A stretch of DNA of 64,000 nucleotides from Cenococcum geophilum (lineage: Eukaryota). Shown here in pieces: positions 52,401 through 64,000 of the stretch (its first letter is position 1; each line of letters opens with the position of its first letter). The position numbers and the translations under genes are program-made. Below the pieces are notes generated by a model. That model had not been told where the DNA came from. It worked only from the letters and a program-made list of their open reading frames with translations, and did not search any database. The DNA lies in NCBI GenBank assembly GCA_050273025.1, contig CP158636.1, positions 8,866,001 to 8,930,000 on the forward strand, given 5' to 3'.

Positions 52401-55400
52401 CGGGATTAGATATTAGTTCTTAACAGTAACAGTATTAAGAGCTTAGTAGTCTATATAAAAGTATAGACCGCCACCGGGTTTCTTAACGAAGATTACTAGT
52501 GCGGCTATAGGCGATAAGCTTACTCTAATAAATCCTTTGCTTAGGTTCTTATCTAAATACTTTTATAGTACTAAAAGTTTATTTTAGAATATCCCGTATA
52601 GGGGTCTAAATCTAGGCTGCTTTCCGTCTTTAAATATAATCTTATAGTTATACAATTGGTGTTCTAGTAGCTTATTAGCTTCCTTTTATAAGAATACCTC
52701 TAGGCGGTTATAGTACTCTACTAGTACCTTTATAGCAGGGTTAGTGTGCTTCTTTAGTGCTAAGGCCTTCTTAATATTAGCTATAGTAATAGCGAAGATT
52801 GTATATTTAGGTTTCTTAGTAAGTTGTGCTAATAAAGTAGCTCTAATTATGCGGATATCTAGGGTGCTAAGTTCGCTTAAATTATCTATAGTTTCTTATT
52901 CGGGTTTAGGTTTAGTATTAGGTACAGAGTTAATATCAAATTTAGGTTTGGGTTCTTTAAGAATCCTTTTTATAGTAGAATACTAGTCCTTCTAGTATTT
53001 TCGTATATTAAGCTTAAGCTTCTACTTAGCTTAGGGCGGTATAGTGCTTAATAATAGCTTATGGAATTTAGTGGAGTTTTTGGGTCCTTGGTGAATATTA
53101 GTAGGATTTTTAGATTAGTAGAATCTAGTGGATTCCTTAGGTATGGGGTAGATAGTTATAGAAATTTTAAACTAGTAAATCCTAGTGGATTTTTTAGATT
53201 TTAGTTCTTAGTCTAAATAGTAAGTAGTAAGGCACTTCTGCTTATAACGGAAGGTAGTAAATAGAAGCTTAAGGTTGTCCTAATTAATAGTTACCTTATA
53301 TAGCTTTATCTAGGGTTGTTTAAGGATTACTAGGTAACTTAGGGTAGTAACGAAAAGCTTAATTAGTTCTTTATAGTTTAGGTATTAGAGTCTTAGGGCT
53401 ACTACATAGGTAATACGGCCTAAGATGGTATATTTACTATTAAATCCAAATATATTAATATGCCGGTTAAGGGGGGTTAGGGTAAAACTATTATTATATA
53501 TAAAGATCTTATTAATAAATCCTATGCCGCTAGCTCCTATATTAATTAGGATTTAAGCGTTAGCCTATTAACTATTCTACTAAAGATAATAGTTAATAGT
53601 TATACTATAATCCTAAAAGTTAGAGTTTATAATATCTAAAGCATTTAACGAGATCCTAAGGCAGAGCCGTCCTGGAGAGCAACTTAACTCTAGGATATAC
53701 CTTTTAGTAGTAAGCGGGAAGGGGTTCCTATAAAACGTCGATTATAGCTTTACTTTTATAAGTAGTGCTTACTAAACATAGGGCTAGAACTAGGTAAAGA
53801 TTAAGGGCGGTAACTGGAAGATTAATACAGTAAACAGTTACTAATATTAGCCGTTTATAAATTATTTTAGGGTATAGGTAAGGGGACAAGATAGTATTTT
53901 AAGATGTGGTCCTTACTTCTATACTTAAAGTAGAGGCCTAGCTTAATACGTCTTTCTTATTTAGGGGACCCTAGTAGGGCGTACTTTAGGGTTTTAGTGT
54001 TAATATCTATAGCGTTAGGGTGCTTAGGCTAAGATAATAACTTAGTGGACGTTTATAGGGTTGCCGTATTATATTAGGGGGCGGACTTCGGTATTAGGCG
54101 TAGTATATTATTATACCATTTATTAACGATATTTGCGTAGGTATTAAGGGCTCCTAGTAGGTTTACGCCTATTAGGGAGGTTTTTAGTTTAGGGCTTAAA
54201 GATTTAATAAGGCTGTTAATTAGTGCGGAGTCATTTTAGCCTATTTCCCTTACGTAACGGTTAAATTTAGAGAAGTATACTAGGAAACTTTTCGTTCCTT
54301 AAGCTATGTAGTTTATCTTTCTCTAGGTAGTAGCTTAGTGGTTTAGGTTACTATATAAGGCTTTAAGAAGTATAACTAGGCTTTATACTAAGGTTGGCTA
54401 AAGAGGTTTAATAAGGTTAGCTGCCTTTCCTCCTAGTTAACTTAGGGCATAATAGAGTTAGTTAGCTTCGGTTAGGTAATAGTTGGCGTTACTAATTAGC
54501 TTATTTTTAAACTAGCTTAAGAATAATTAGAGTTTTTATTATTTACTAGTAAATACTAGGGGATCTAGTAGTTATTTGGATTGTTTTAGTATAGTAGTTA
54601 GTTTAAGGTGGACAGTTACTATAGGTTTAGGGCTCGCATTCCGCGTATTTATCTCTAGAGATAGTGTTCGGTCTTAAGGCCCTAATATAGGCATCTTAAG
54701 TATACGGATTTCTTCTTAGAGGTCCTTAATTAATCGCTAGTGTCGTGCTTCTTATTTAGCTTATTGTTAATTTAAAGTAGCTTAGTTTTATATAAGGGCG
54801 TCTATAAAAGACTTCTATATTTCTGCTAGTTATTCTTAGAGTGCGGATATAATACTAGCGGCCGTTATAGAGGCTTTGGGGTTGTTCTGTATTTTAGAGG
54901 TGGTATATAAAGTTAACGCAATGTAGTATTACGGAGTAAGTATAAGCGGCGATAATATATAGCAAGGTAGATATTATTAAGCTATATATATAAACTATAT
55001 AAGAAGGTTAAGACGTTATATAGGGAAAGAGGGTAGGAAAACAGGAAGAAAGGGCATATATCTTTAACTTAGTTGCTTAGTTAATACGTATATAGGGTAG
55101 AATAGGGTTTAGGTTATAGTCCTGGCAGAACTTAGCAGAATTTAGTAGAACTTGGCAGAATATAGCAAAATGCCATAGATTGCCGTTAGATTACCATTAG
55201 ATTGCCGTTAAATTACCATTTTACGGTTAGTCTTTAATTGCTAAGTCGGTAGAAATAGGTGGATGTGTGCAAGGTGTTACGAGGGTGTCCCGTAACAGTC
55301 TCTTTAAGACCCATTTAACGTATTCTCCGTACTCTTCCTTAGTTATTAAGTAGATAATAATATTATTAAAATATACCATAACAAATTTATCTAAGTATTC

Positions 55401-58400
55401 TCCTAATATATTATTAATACGCTTCTAGAACGTTGCTAGTATATTTATAAGCCTAAATTGTATAACTAATAGTTTATATAGTCCTTCCTTTAACCTAAAG
55501 GCTGCCTTTTATTTATTGCCTTCCTTAATCCTAATCTAATAGTACGCCTATCTTAGATCTATCTTCGTAAAGATTTATATATTACCTATCCTATCTTAGA
55601 TTTTACTAATTAAGGGTAAAGGATACCTATCCTTTCTAATAATACTATTTAACTATCTATAGTTAATACATAGCCTTAGTTTACTATTCTTCTTTAGTAT
55701 AAATAGTACTGGATAATCTACTAATAATTACAATAGTCTAATATATCCTTTTTATAAAATTTTCTAGACAAACTCTTTTAATACTCTACATTCTTCTTTA
55801 GTAAGCTTATAAAATTAAAAAAACTTTAGACTTGTTCCTAGTTCTAATTCTATTTTATAGTTTTATACTATATACTCTAACAGCTTCTTACTTTTTAGTA
55901 ACTATAGTTTCTTGCCATACTTATAGTATTTCTTTAGTATATAACTTAATCCTTTTTCCATTTCTTTATAGGTTACTCCTACTTAGTACTATACTATCTT
56001 AGCTTATTATTATATTTTATAGCGTTAAGTATCCCTAATATTGACCTAACCTATAATCTAATTAATCTTTAGATTATATTCCTATAACTAAGGCATTCCT
56101 AATACTGCCTTATTATTCCTTAATAGTAATATATTAAAAGACATCTTAATTTATCTCCCTTTAATAGTTAACTAAATAGGTCCTATTTTAAGATTAATAA
56201 TACCTCCTCTATAGGCTATCGGATCTCCTAAAATTATTACTAATAGATAAGGTTACTCCTTTTTCCTATATAGTAACCCCATTTTTTTAACTGCTGCTAG
56301 TAAAATATAGTTCCTTATTACTCCACTATTTATTAATACTTTAAACTCTTAATCTTACCACTTAACTTATAAATTTAGGTATTGTCCTTAAATTTCTTTA
56401 AGGGTCTAAGGCTCTACTACTAGTTCCCTCTAGTCCTATAGGCCTCTACTTTTCCTAACTATTAGCTACTTAATCTTATTTATACTTAATCCACCTTTAG
56501 CTAATACTTAATTCGCTTTTTATTTTTAATATACTATAGATATATATTCTTTAAACATTCCTACTACTATTATCTATTTAGGCATTCTTCCGTAAGGAAT
56601 CTTCCTAGTTAAAGTATTAAGTCCCCTTAGGTTTGCACTTCTACTAGGTGCTAACTATATATATACTTAATATTTTAATATTTCGCTTTATCCAGTACCT
56701 AATATATCCTTACTAGGTACTTCTAGTTCTTATCTTTTAATACTCTATATATATTATACGCATTATCTATATATATAATCTATGCTAATATATAATATAC
56801 TTAGTGTTTTAGGTTAACTCTTAGCTCGTCTTTATCCTTAAGTTTAAACCTTTCTTATATTAATTTAAGCGTTACAACTTTATTTATAAGTACTAAGATT
56901 TACCTCTTACTTCTCTAGTCCTCTAATTACTCCTTTAGATCTTTTAACGTTATAATTAAGGCTCCTTTAATATAATTTATAGCCTTCTCTATAATCGGGT
57001 AGTTTTAAATAACCTTTTCATCCAACTATATATAGAAATCTTCCCACTTATTATTATATCTTTGTCTATACTACCTTTAGTATAGCTGCTAGAGTATATA
57101 CGGCGTATCTATAAGAAAGTATCTTCTTATTACTGCGTTATAACAGCCCTTTATATATCGTTCCTTAAACCTAGTTAGAATCCCTAGATCCTCTTCTTAT
57201 TCTAGTTTAGTAAGTTACTTAGCTCTTAGTATGCCTACTCTAGGCCTATTAGTAATTCTTTATATAGGTACTCTGTCCCTTATATAACCTAGTATACTAG
57301 ATCTCTTATCTAGTTTCTATTCCTGCTATAAGGTAATTCTTACTCTAAATTCCTCTATAGTTTCTTTCTTTTCGTGTCTTATAAGTGGATCTTTAAAGTC
57401 TTCTTACTTCTTAATCTCGTTAATAGTCCTTATTTATGTTTTAAAATCTTAGTTCTATAGGATTCTTAATCCTAAGCTTGCTTCTATCTTAAGCTTTACT
57501 TCTACCTTAGTCTAACTAGGCTTAGGTATTCTCATCTTATCTTAAGAGTCTTAAATCTCACTTATCTTATCTTAAGAATCTTATACCTATAGGAAACTCT
57601 ATCCCGAGCTTATTCGTATATTTTTAAACTAAGCTATTACTCTACTCTATTGATTTCTATCCATTATAGATCCTTAAGCTTGCCTCATCTCATCTTAAGA
57701 ATTTTAAGCTTTTAGCCTTTTGCCTTTATTGAGTAATAAATTAGCACTAGCAGTTGTCTGCTTACTTAGTCTTTATAAAACACTCTTCCTTTTATCTTAT
57801 AAAGCAATAGATACCGTATCTAACAGCGTTATAATGCCCGTTACTAAACCTTACTCTATAGCGGTCTTAGTCTCTACTTCTAATATAACTTCTCTAAGGT
57901 TTATACGTTCCTAGTAAACTGCCTTTATTGCCTTATTATCTGTAAATGTTTCGCCTATATTAAACTTGTCATCTTTAATATCCAATCTACGCGATAGTTT
58001 ATTAGTTCCCCTATATTTTAGGGATTTTGGCTCCTATAGCTAATAGCTTATACTATACTTAGCGTCTTTATAAATTTAGTATATAATGTTATAACAAAAC
58101 GTAAAACTTCTAATTAAATATTCTTTTATTCCTTGTAGTATACTATTATCTCTCTATACGTATATATCCTCTACTATTAGTCTAGTTCCCTTTATTATAT
58201 AGTAATTCTAACCATCTTTATAATCCCTTATAAAATAACCTTATTTCCCGCAATTTATATAAGCTCTATCTTTAAACTACTAACTTTACTATAGAGTCCG
58301 CCTAAACGTCTTCTGCTACTAAGATCCCTAGTTTAGCCTCTGCTCCTTAGTCCTATAATTACTAAATCCTTAACCTCTAGGTTTTTATAGTTTTTTACTC

Positions 58401-59732
58401 TATCTCTTATAGGCTTCTTTAGTACTACTTAGGTCCATTAGCTCTACGCTATACTATAGTTTCTAACTTAGCTTTAGTCGTTGCGTACTTTACGTCTTAT
58501 ATAACTATAAAACTCTATCTTAGCCTCTCTTAGCCTATTCCCTTTAGTAGATCCAATTATTAATCTTAATTACTTAATCTATTAAATCCTATAGGGTATC
58601 CGCATCTTCTATTAGAATAATCGCGTCCTAGACTTTAGCCTTAAGTCCCTATTTATACTATACTATAAGCGCCTTATTATTCTACTTAACTTATATCGCT
58701 AGCGTTTAGAACTATATTATATACTTAATCGCTAAGGTTTATTATATAATGTTTTAGAGTTTTCTTTCTGCTATAGTTACTGCCTCTAGATCTCCAAATA
58801 TTTATATAAGTCGCTCTATAAACTCTTCCTAGCTTAAAAATATAAACTATACCTCCTAATTAGTAGTTATTATTCTATTTACCTATATTTCCGTAAGGTA
58901 AGACTTAAACTACTTAAGTGCTCTTCCTGATAGGAATAGTCCCGTATAGGCTATTCGACCTATAGGTATTAGCAGCTTTACCCCTTTTTATATAACCTTA
59001 AAGTGTATTTATATAAGAAATCCCTTAAGCTTAAATCTCTCTCCTAAATACCTTTTAATTAATGGTAATTTAATCTTTGCCGCTCTAATCCTATTAACCC
59101 TTTCTTCCAACGCTGCATTATTAGTTATTAACTAGTTAACTATCTCTTATAGCTATTTAACCGTCACAGGTTGCTATAAGTTAGTATTTGCTATACTAGT
59201 GTCACCTAACCTTAAAGTAGTTGCCGCCGTTAATAGCGTTATGGTAGCTGCTTTTAGTGGCATATTATTTAACTTTCTATATTTAATACTATAACTAGGT
59301 AGTAATTATACAACGGAACCTTATAGTAGGAACTATAATAGGCTTATTATTAGGCTAGGTATATAGGTAATATAAATTAAAGTTAATAACGTAATAATAA
59401 CTAGTAGAGTAGTTACCTAATAGATTAACTCTAATTATATTCTAAGAATTACTATAAGGAAGGAACTATCTAGGTAGGGACTAAGGGTCCTTAAATACAC
59501 AACCGTACTTCTATAAAATCCTTCTTATACGTAATATACGTGTGCTCTATCTGCTCTATTACGGATTATATAGATCTTATAGATTATATAGATTACGTCA
59601 TGTAACCTTGGTTACCATTCCTCGTCACATAACTCTATCGGCTCCATCTTGGACCGTGCTTGTATCAACTAACTAGCTTCTTCCGACTCTTCTCCAAGTA
59701 GTCGTAACATTGTACTTAAAGCGTCCATAACA

Positions 59733-60848
59733 ATATTCTTATAAATTTAATACTTAGTTGCCATCAATTAAGGCAAAGCTATGAGTTAATAATGCGGCTA
59801 TTAGCGATATAATTGCGTAGTTCTACTACGTATTTTTAAATCTTAATAGTAGCGTATAGGCAATAGTTCCACCTTAGCTTAGATAGGCAGAAGAGTCGAA
59901 TATATAGAATTATAATTTAATTCTAGATTAGTTAGCGCGCGTCTATAATAATCCAAATAAGATACAAAAGGCAAAGGATAGGTTGCTGTCCCTATAGCAA
60001 GACAGCGATTTAGTACTAACCTATATATTAGATTTCGAACGCGTTATGTATAAGGCACGTAGGCAGAATTGGCCAGATATTAATAAGATATTAATATTTA
60101 GGAACGGGCTAAACTCGACCATCTATAGTAGGCTTAATTAGCAGCTTAACCTACCGCGAGAATACCGTAATTTTGTTCGAATTATTTAACAGCTAGCTGA
60201 CCAATTGTTTTCTTATTCTACGGTACAGTCTTCTAGCAACGGTAGCGGTAACGGTAACGGCAATAGCAACTACTAACGTAGATCGGAACTTATAGATATT
60301 AGTGCTATCGCAATTAATTTAATCGATGTCCCTAGCTCTTAATTTATACCCCCACAGTCTACAAGCCCCCACGCTTAATCTATATTACCAGCTCGCTAAA
60401 GTCAATATAGATACGAAGGGCGTTGCGTACGCTGTAGATCGTTTGGCCACTGGGTTGAAAACTGTCCGCTATAACTATATAGCTGCTCGCTGTGGCCACA
60501 TAAGAAGCAGATGGGCAAGAGGACACCTGCTAGCGATTGAGGATCAGACGAATCGGATCTAGATAAGGAGATTGGTCGGTTACAAAGGGGTAAGATTTAA
60601 TCTGTTTTAACTGTACAAGAGGTAGACAATAAAGCCTGAGGGCGGGCTTTCTCAAAGGGGGGGTGATGTTACGGCACCGTAACGGATCTAGTCAGGGGCT
60701 CGCTTGAGACTTGGCACACACATATAGACGTCCTTTCCACCACCTTCTGCTCCTCAGCCTAATATCCTCGTCGATAGACAATCCAATTGTACAGGTTTGC
60801 ATACGTTCTTTACGGCGCTCGTGCCTCGATTGACTGAGTCCCGTGACA
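59733..60848 (+). mobile_element. Gag-only non-autonomous LTR element E (5' end lost); 3' LTR 60667-60848
   Basis: Gag-like reading (KF.T.LPSIKAKL...FERVMY...NWPD..KI..FRNGLNSTI); CCHC CVRCRSFGHWVENC at ~60425-60466; then directly PPT AAAGGGGGGGTGA and a TGTTAC...GTGACA LTR. Confidence 0.85.
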
Positions 60849-61060
60849 CCTCCGTAGTAACCGCAGCAGCAAGCCAGGCCTTAGCCCCCTCTTTGGGTGG
60901 TGACTATAGCTCTCCCTCTGCTTTACTAATATCCTTATTGTTAAATATATCCTTTAGTAGAGGTCCATATCTATGCCGAAGACCCTTATTTGCCTTAATT
61001 ATATCTATCTGCAGCTAAGAGCGTGAAGCCCGCCACAATAGTATTAGGCAAGGAAGGGAG
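60849..61060 (-). mobile_element. Possible hAT transposase C-terminal remnant
   Basis: Minus strand RS.LQIDII(E)AN(E)GLRHRY resembles the end of the hAT dimerisation domain; short and degraded. Confidence 0.35.
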
Positions 61061-61421
61061 GGCATAAATATTAAAGTACTAAGTATAGATGTAGGAGCGA
61101 CAGCAGGAATGGCAGAGGATAAGTAGATATCCTTAATATTTACAAATTAATTATTTTGTGAGAGAGGAACTCACTAATGCTAAGCACCAGCGTCGCCGAT
61201 TGGCTGTTCAGCCTTAACACCAAGCACTAACTCCTCAGCGGCCTATCCTCCCTCCTAATTAGGTATAGAACTGGAGCTCCAGGAGCTCCAAACGGGGCAA
61301 GTCCACTCCAATCCAGCCTTACACCGTATAGCTCCAAATCCAATGCAAGAAAGGATCCAATGTGGAGCTCCAGAGGTGCTCCAGTCCAGTTAGATCACTG
61401 TCTCTTGTCAAGTTTTGAGAT

Positions 61422-61963
61422 CTAATTCGAGTGTCGTCTGCCCTCCGTTCTTCTTTCTTTTAAGGGTCGGATTTCAGCACGGCTAAAGCCTCCCATTTTA
61501 TTTTTATCGTGGTACATTACCCCCTTCACCGTTTTTTTGTCATCGGTAACAGCTCGATAAATTTCAGGTTCGTTATTCGGCCCGACGCGCTGACTACACT
61601 GAAAGTCCCGGCCGTCCGCCTTAACTGGAAACTCAGAGATATTGGTTCTTGGTTTTCCGGTGTTAGGTACCGCCTGCGCCTCCTTCGCAGTGAATATCTG
61701 TTCTATGTAATGATAACCGTGTGGGTATCCAGAAGTATTGCCCGCCGCCTTAGACTCTCGTGGTTTGCCCATAAACGCTGCTGGATAAGCTGCCACCTGC
61801 TTATTCACGTTATATGCAGACGTAATCGGCTGCCCTTTTTGCTCCCAATACCCCTAAAATGCAAGTCAGTACGTCCGTAAATAGGATTAAAGTCTGTCTG
61901 GTCCCGGCCACAACATTTGCTTACATAACCAGAGTGTGTCGGTGCTGAGTTTGTTTTCCACAT
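61422..61963 (-). CDS. RNase T1-family (microbial guanyl-specific RNase-like) protein, 156 aa, no signal peptide; exons 61963-61925 and 61853-61422
   Basis: Phase-0 intron 61924-61854 (GTAAGC...CTGAC...TTTTAG) joins MWKTNSAPTHSGY to the ORF in frame; motifs GYPHGY, EFPV, YRAV, GVMYH, GGF parallel the RNase T1 catalytic Y/H/E/R/H and F. Confidence 0.8.
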
Positions 61964-62173
61964 AGTTGTTATTAAAAGTATTATAGCCTTCGGCTTGTCT
62001 AGAGTTGTCTCTGCGATGAGGAAAGTTTGGATAGCGTGTATAAGCTTTATTAGAAGTTAGAACACAGTCTCTATCACCAAATTATGCCCACTAGTGAACT
62101 CACTCGAGACTGGCCAGCGAAATATGTGAAATAGTCGATAGAGTAGCAATCGGAATTCCAGGGACGAGGTTTA

Positions 62174-62182
62174 CTCTTATAC
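62174..62182 (-). promoter_or_regulatory. Putative TATA box of the RNase-like gene
   Basis: TATAAGAG on the minus strand, followed by a possible 5'-UTR intron (GTGAGT...CTAAC...AAAG). Confidence 0.35.
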
Positions 62183-62678
62183 ACTGAGCATTAGCACTCT
62201 AACTTTAGGTAGAAGGCAATCGATGCAAAAAATTTTAAATTCTAAAATTAAACTTTTTAAATTTAAATTTTTAAAATAGAGTTAAGCAGCGCAGAGGACG
62301 CATGAATCCATATGGGGAACTGAAGCTGCGGCGGTTTCCAGTTCAACAAGAGCCATCTCCCGTATGTAGGTGTCGACCTGAAAATGAGGTCATAAAAGAA
62401 GGACTCGTGTATCGATTAATCTATGAAGAAAAAGGGACTATGTATATATAGTGGGGGTTACAGGCAACAGAGATAGGTACTAGGCAACTGGAACAGGTAA
62501 CAGGCAACTGAGACAATCCGTCTCAGTTCGACAGTATGCATGGTGCGAATAAGTGAAGCGGTCCCGTAGACGAGGATCCTCTCTTGAACAGTTGCAGGTA
62601 AGACTCTGCCGCTGATCACGCGGCTAATTAGAGTTCTAAGTTTAAAGGCAGCAAGTATCCTAGATAACCCCGCTTCTT

Positions 62679-62685
62679 TATAAGG
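62679..62685 (+). promoter_or_regulatory. Putative TATA box of the DUF3632 gene
   Basis: TATAAGG ~80 bp upstream of a GCCATG start, followed by a pyrimidine-rich leader. Confidence 0.4.
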
Positions 62686-62761
62686 CCGCAGAAAACACTG
62701 TCCATTTTACACCGCTGCCCACAGCCCTCCCCACCCTTACATTCTATCATTTCTTCCAGCC

Positions 62762-63673
62762 ATGTCCGAACCAGCACTACAGCTTAAGAGTATTGATGAG
62801 GACGATCTCTGCTTCCCTATCCTTAGAGAATTCCTCCAGCCTAACAGCTCACGGTCACCTGCGGAGGCCGCCTGCCTCATTAACGCCCTCAGTCCTACGC
62901 ATGAGAAACCACATAACGGAGGCTCTATCGACGGTTTCTTGTGGGCAACATGGGAGACATTTATAGAAACGGCCAGCCAGATCCCGCATGATTATCCAGC
63001 ACTGCAGAAACTTGTGGAAATCATTCAGGAGCTTACGAAGCTGCCACCGGTAGCGATTAAGTTGCCATATTTACAGGTACGCTACTGGATATCATACACC
63101 TGACGAAGCGCTTTTATGTAGGCTAGCAATTAACGTTAGGAGGAATCGGCCCTTTGGACCGACGTTTTTGTGCTTAACTCAAGCATACGGGAGGCATGGG
63201 ACCGTAAGTAGCTGATATACGCTTCCTTATACTTTTGTCTTTTGCTTATCATCTTCCGTCTAGCACCTACCTTTGAGACCACCTCTAAGGACGTAAAGCA
63301 GGAATGGATCAGTCTAAATTCCTTTTCAGCGCGGCTTCTAAATGCCGGTCTGCTAGGAGGTACTAATATCCCCACGTGGGCGCTTCGGGACGCGTTAGAG
63401 GAAGATATATCATTTGAGCCCGCTCGGGATACTATTGTAGCGGCTGCTGCTGAATGGATTTTACATGCTCGTAATGCGCTTTTTACGCGTATCTCTAAAG
63501 AGCCTGCCAATCCTGCCACATTACAGGCCACAGCGCAAGGACCGCTATATAAGGGAAAGGCTGGTTTGCCGCTAGAGAGGTGGACGTTTTGGAAACGTCG
63601 GTTTTGCGAAATAAGCGATGATCTCGGAGAACCTGTTAAGCAGGCGGCGATCAAAGCAGCAGAGATTATGTAA
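62762..63673 (+). CDS. DUF3632-family protein, 262 aa; exons 62762-63076, 63140-63203, 63264-63673
   Basis: Introns GTACGC...TTAG and GTAAGT...CTAG give an uninterrupted 789-nt frame; motifs ASQIPHD...Q.KLV, WISLNSFSARL, WALRDALE, GPLYKG...ERWTFWKRRF. Confidence 0.88.
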
Positions 63674-63973
63674 CTGATTAATGCCAGCCATTCCATTTTT
63701 ATAAAATACTCTTCACTTACTTACTATACTTTCTAAATTTTAGAATAAGGAGATCGTAGCTATCTACTAAATACTTTATCCTTTATCCCGTTAAATCGCT
63801 TTTAATAATTATTAATAAGAACTTATTAATTAATTTAAGTTAAATTTAACACTTATATTAATAAATATAAAGCCTTTAATAGAGGTTAATATTTTGATAT
63901 TTTAATATATAAGCCTGACCTTTAAAGTTAAGTCGTTTAATATAACTGTAAGGGATATTATCACGGCGGGGTA

Positions 63974-64000
63974 CAGCTGAGTGTGGTCCGGAAAAAGTTG
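63974..64000. mobile_element. Possible terminus of a Tc1-like element
   Basis: TA|CAGCTGAGTGTGG at the window edge; only 27 bp visible. Confidence 0.25.

Larger units (their letters stand above)
48353..55297 (-). mobile_element. Full-length chromodomain Gypsy element F (different family; LTRs 48353-49760 with insertion, and 54927-55297)
   Basis: TSD GTCTC (48348-48352, 55298-55302); both LTRs are 371 bp once the insert and one TSD copy are removed; C-run PPT at ~49764; RT KKPGGGL (~52470), TPF(G)LVNAPS, Y(I)D(D)IL. Confidence 0.95.
47773..59732 (-). mobile_element. Gypsy element D (B/C family), 3'-truncated within RNase H; 5' LTR 59309-59732; interrupted by element F
   Basis: 47773-48352 and 55298-59732 align collinearly with C (~32395-37545). 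Confidence 0.92.

Noticed and set aside
28948..57914. Hydrophobic ORFs at 28948, 34825, 35385, 45376, 52744 and 57720
   Set aside because: Antisense shadows of RIP-mutated gag/pol or LINE sequence; the 31549 ORF is simply an integrase fragment of C.
24068..60848. Treating the LTRs at 24068 and 60667 as the two ends of one element
   Set aside because: Opposite orientations, each preceded by its own PPT, only half homologous, and the flanks AAGGG and CCTCC are not a TSD.
61509..61880. 123-aa plus-strand ORF
   Set aside because: Antisense shadow of the RNase gene.
63136..63696. 186-aa minus-strand ORF
   Set aside because: Antisense shadow of DUF3632 exons 2-3, running across an intron.

Overview
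This is fungal (Pezizomycotina-type) AT-rich DNA heavily mutated by RIP (CpA/TpG depleted, TpA enriched). It is almost entirely nested dead mobile elements, with an island of two intact genes at the right end. Left to right: (1) a RIP-degraded spliced tyrosine-recombinase gene (680-2261) with a divergent partner relic and a likely convergent partner at ~20.4-22.1 kb; (2) a ~3.2-kb palindrome of 23-bp AGCT minisatellite arms; (3) solo LTRs, a Helitron Rep-Hel relic and a Tad-like LINE; (4) a Tc1/IS630 transposase fragment hit by a stack of Gypsy elements and a LINE, most with resolvable LTRs and TSDs; (5) a 1-kb non-autonomous retroelement that starts exactly at an HDV-like ribozyme fold and ends in a LINE-type tail; (6) a gag-only LTR element; (7) a divergent pair encoding a signal-peptide-less RNase T1-like protein and a DUF3632 protein. 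Two Gypsy copies carry a spliced antisense Zn2Cys6-like gene. Protein readings in RIP regions are manual reconstructions (inferred residues in parentheses); no database searches were run.
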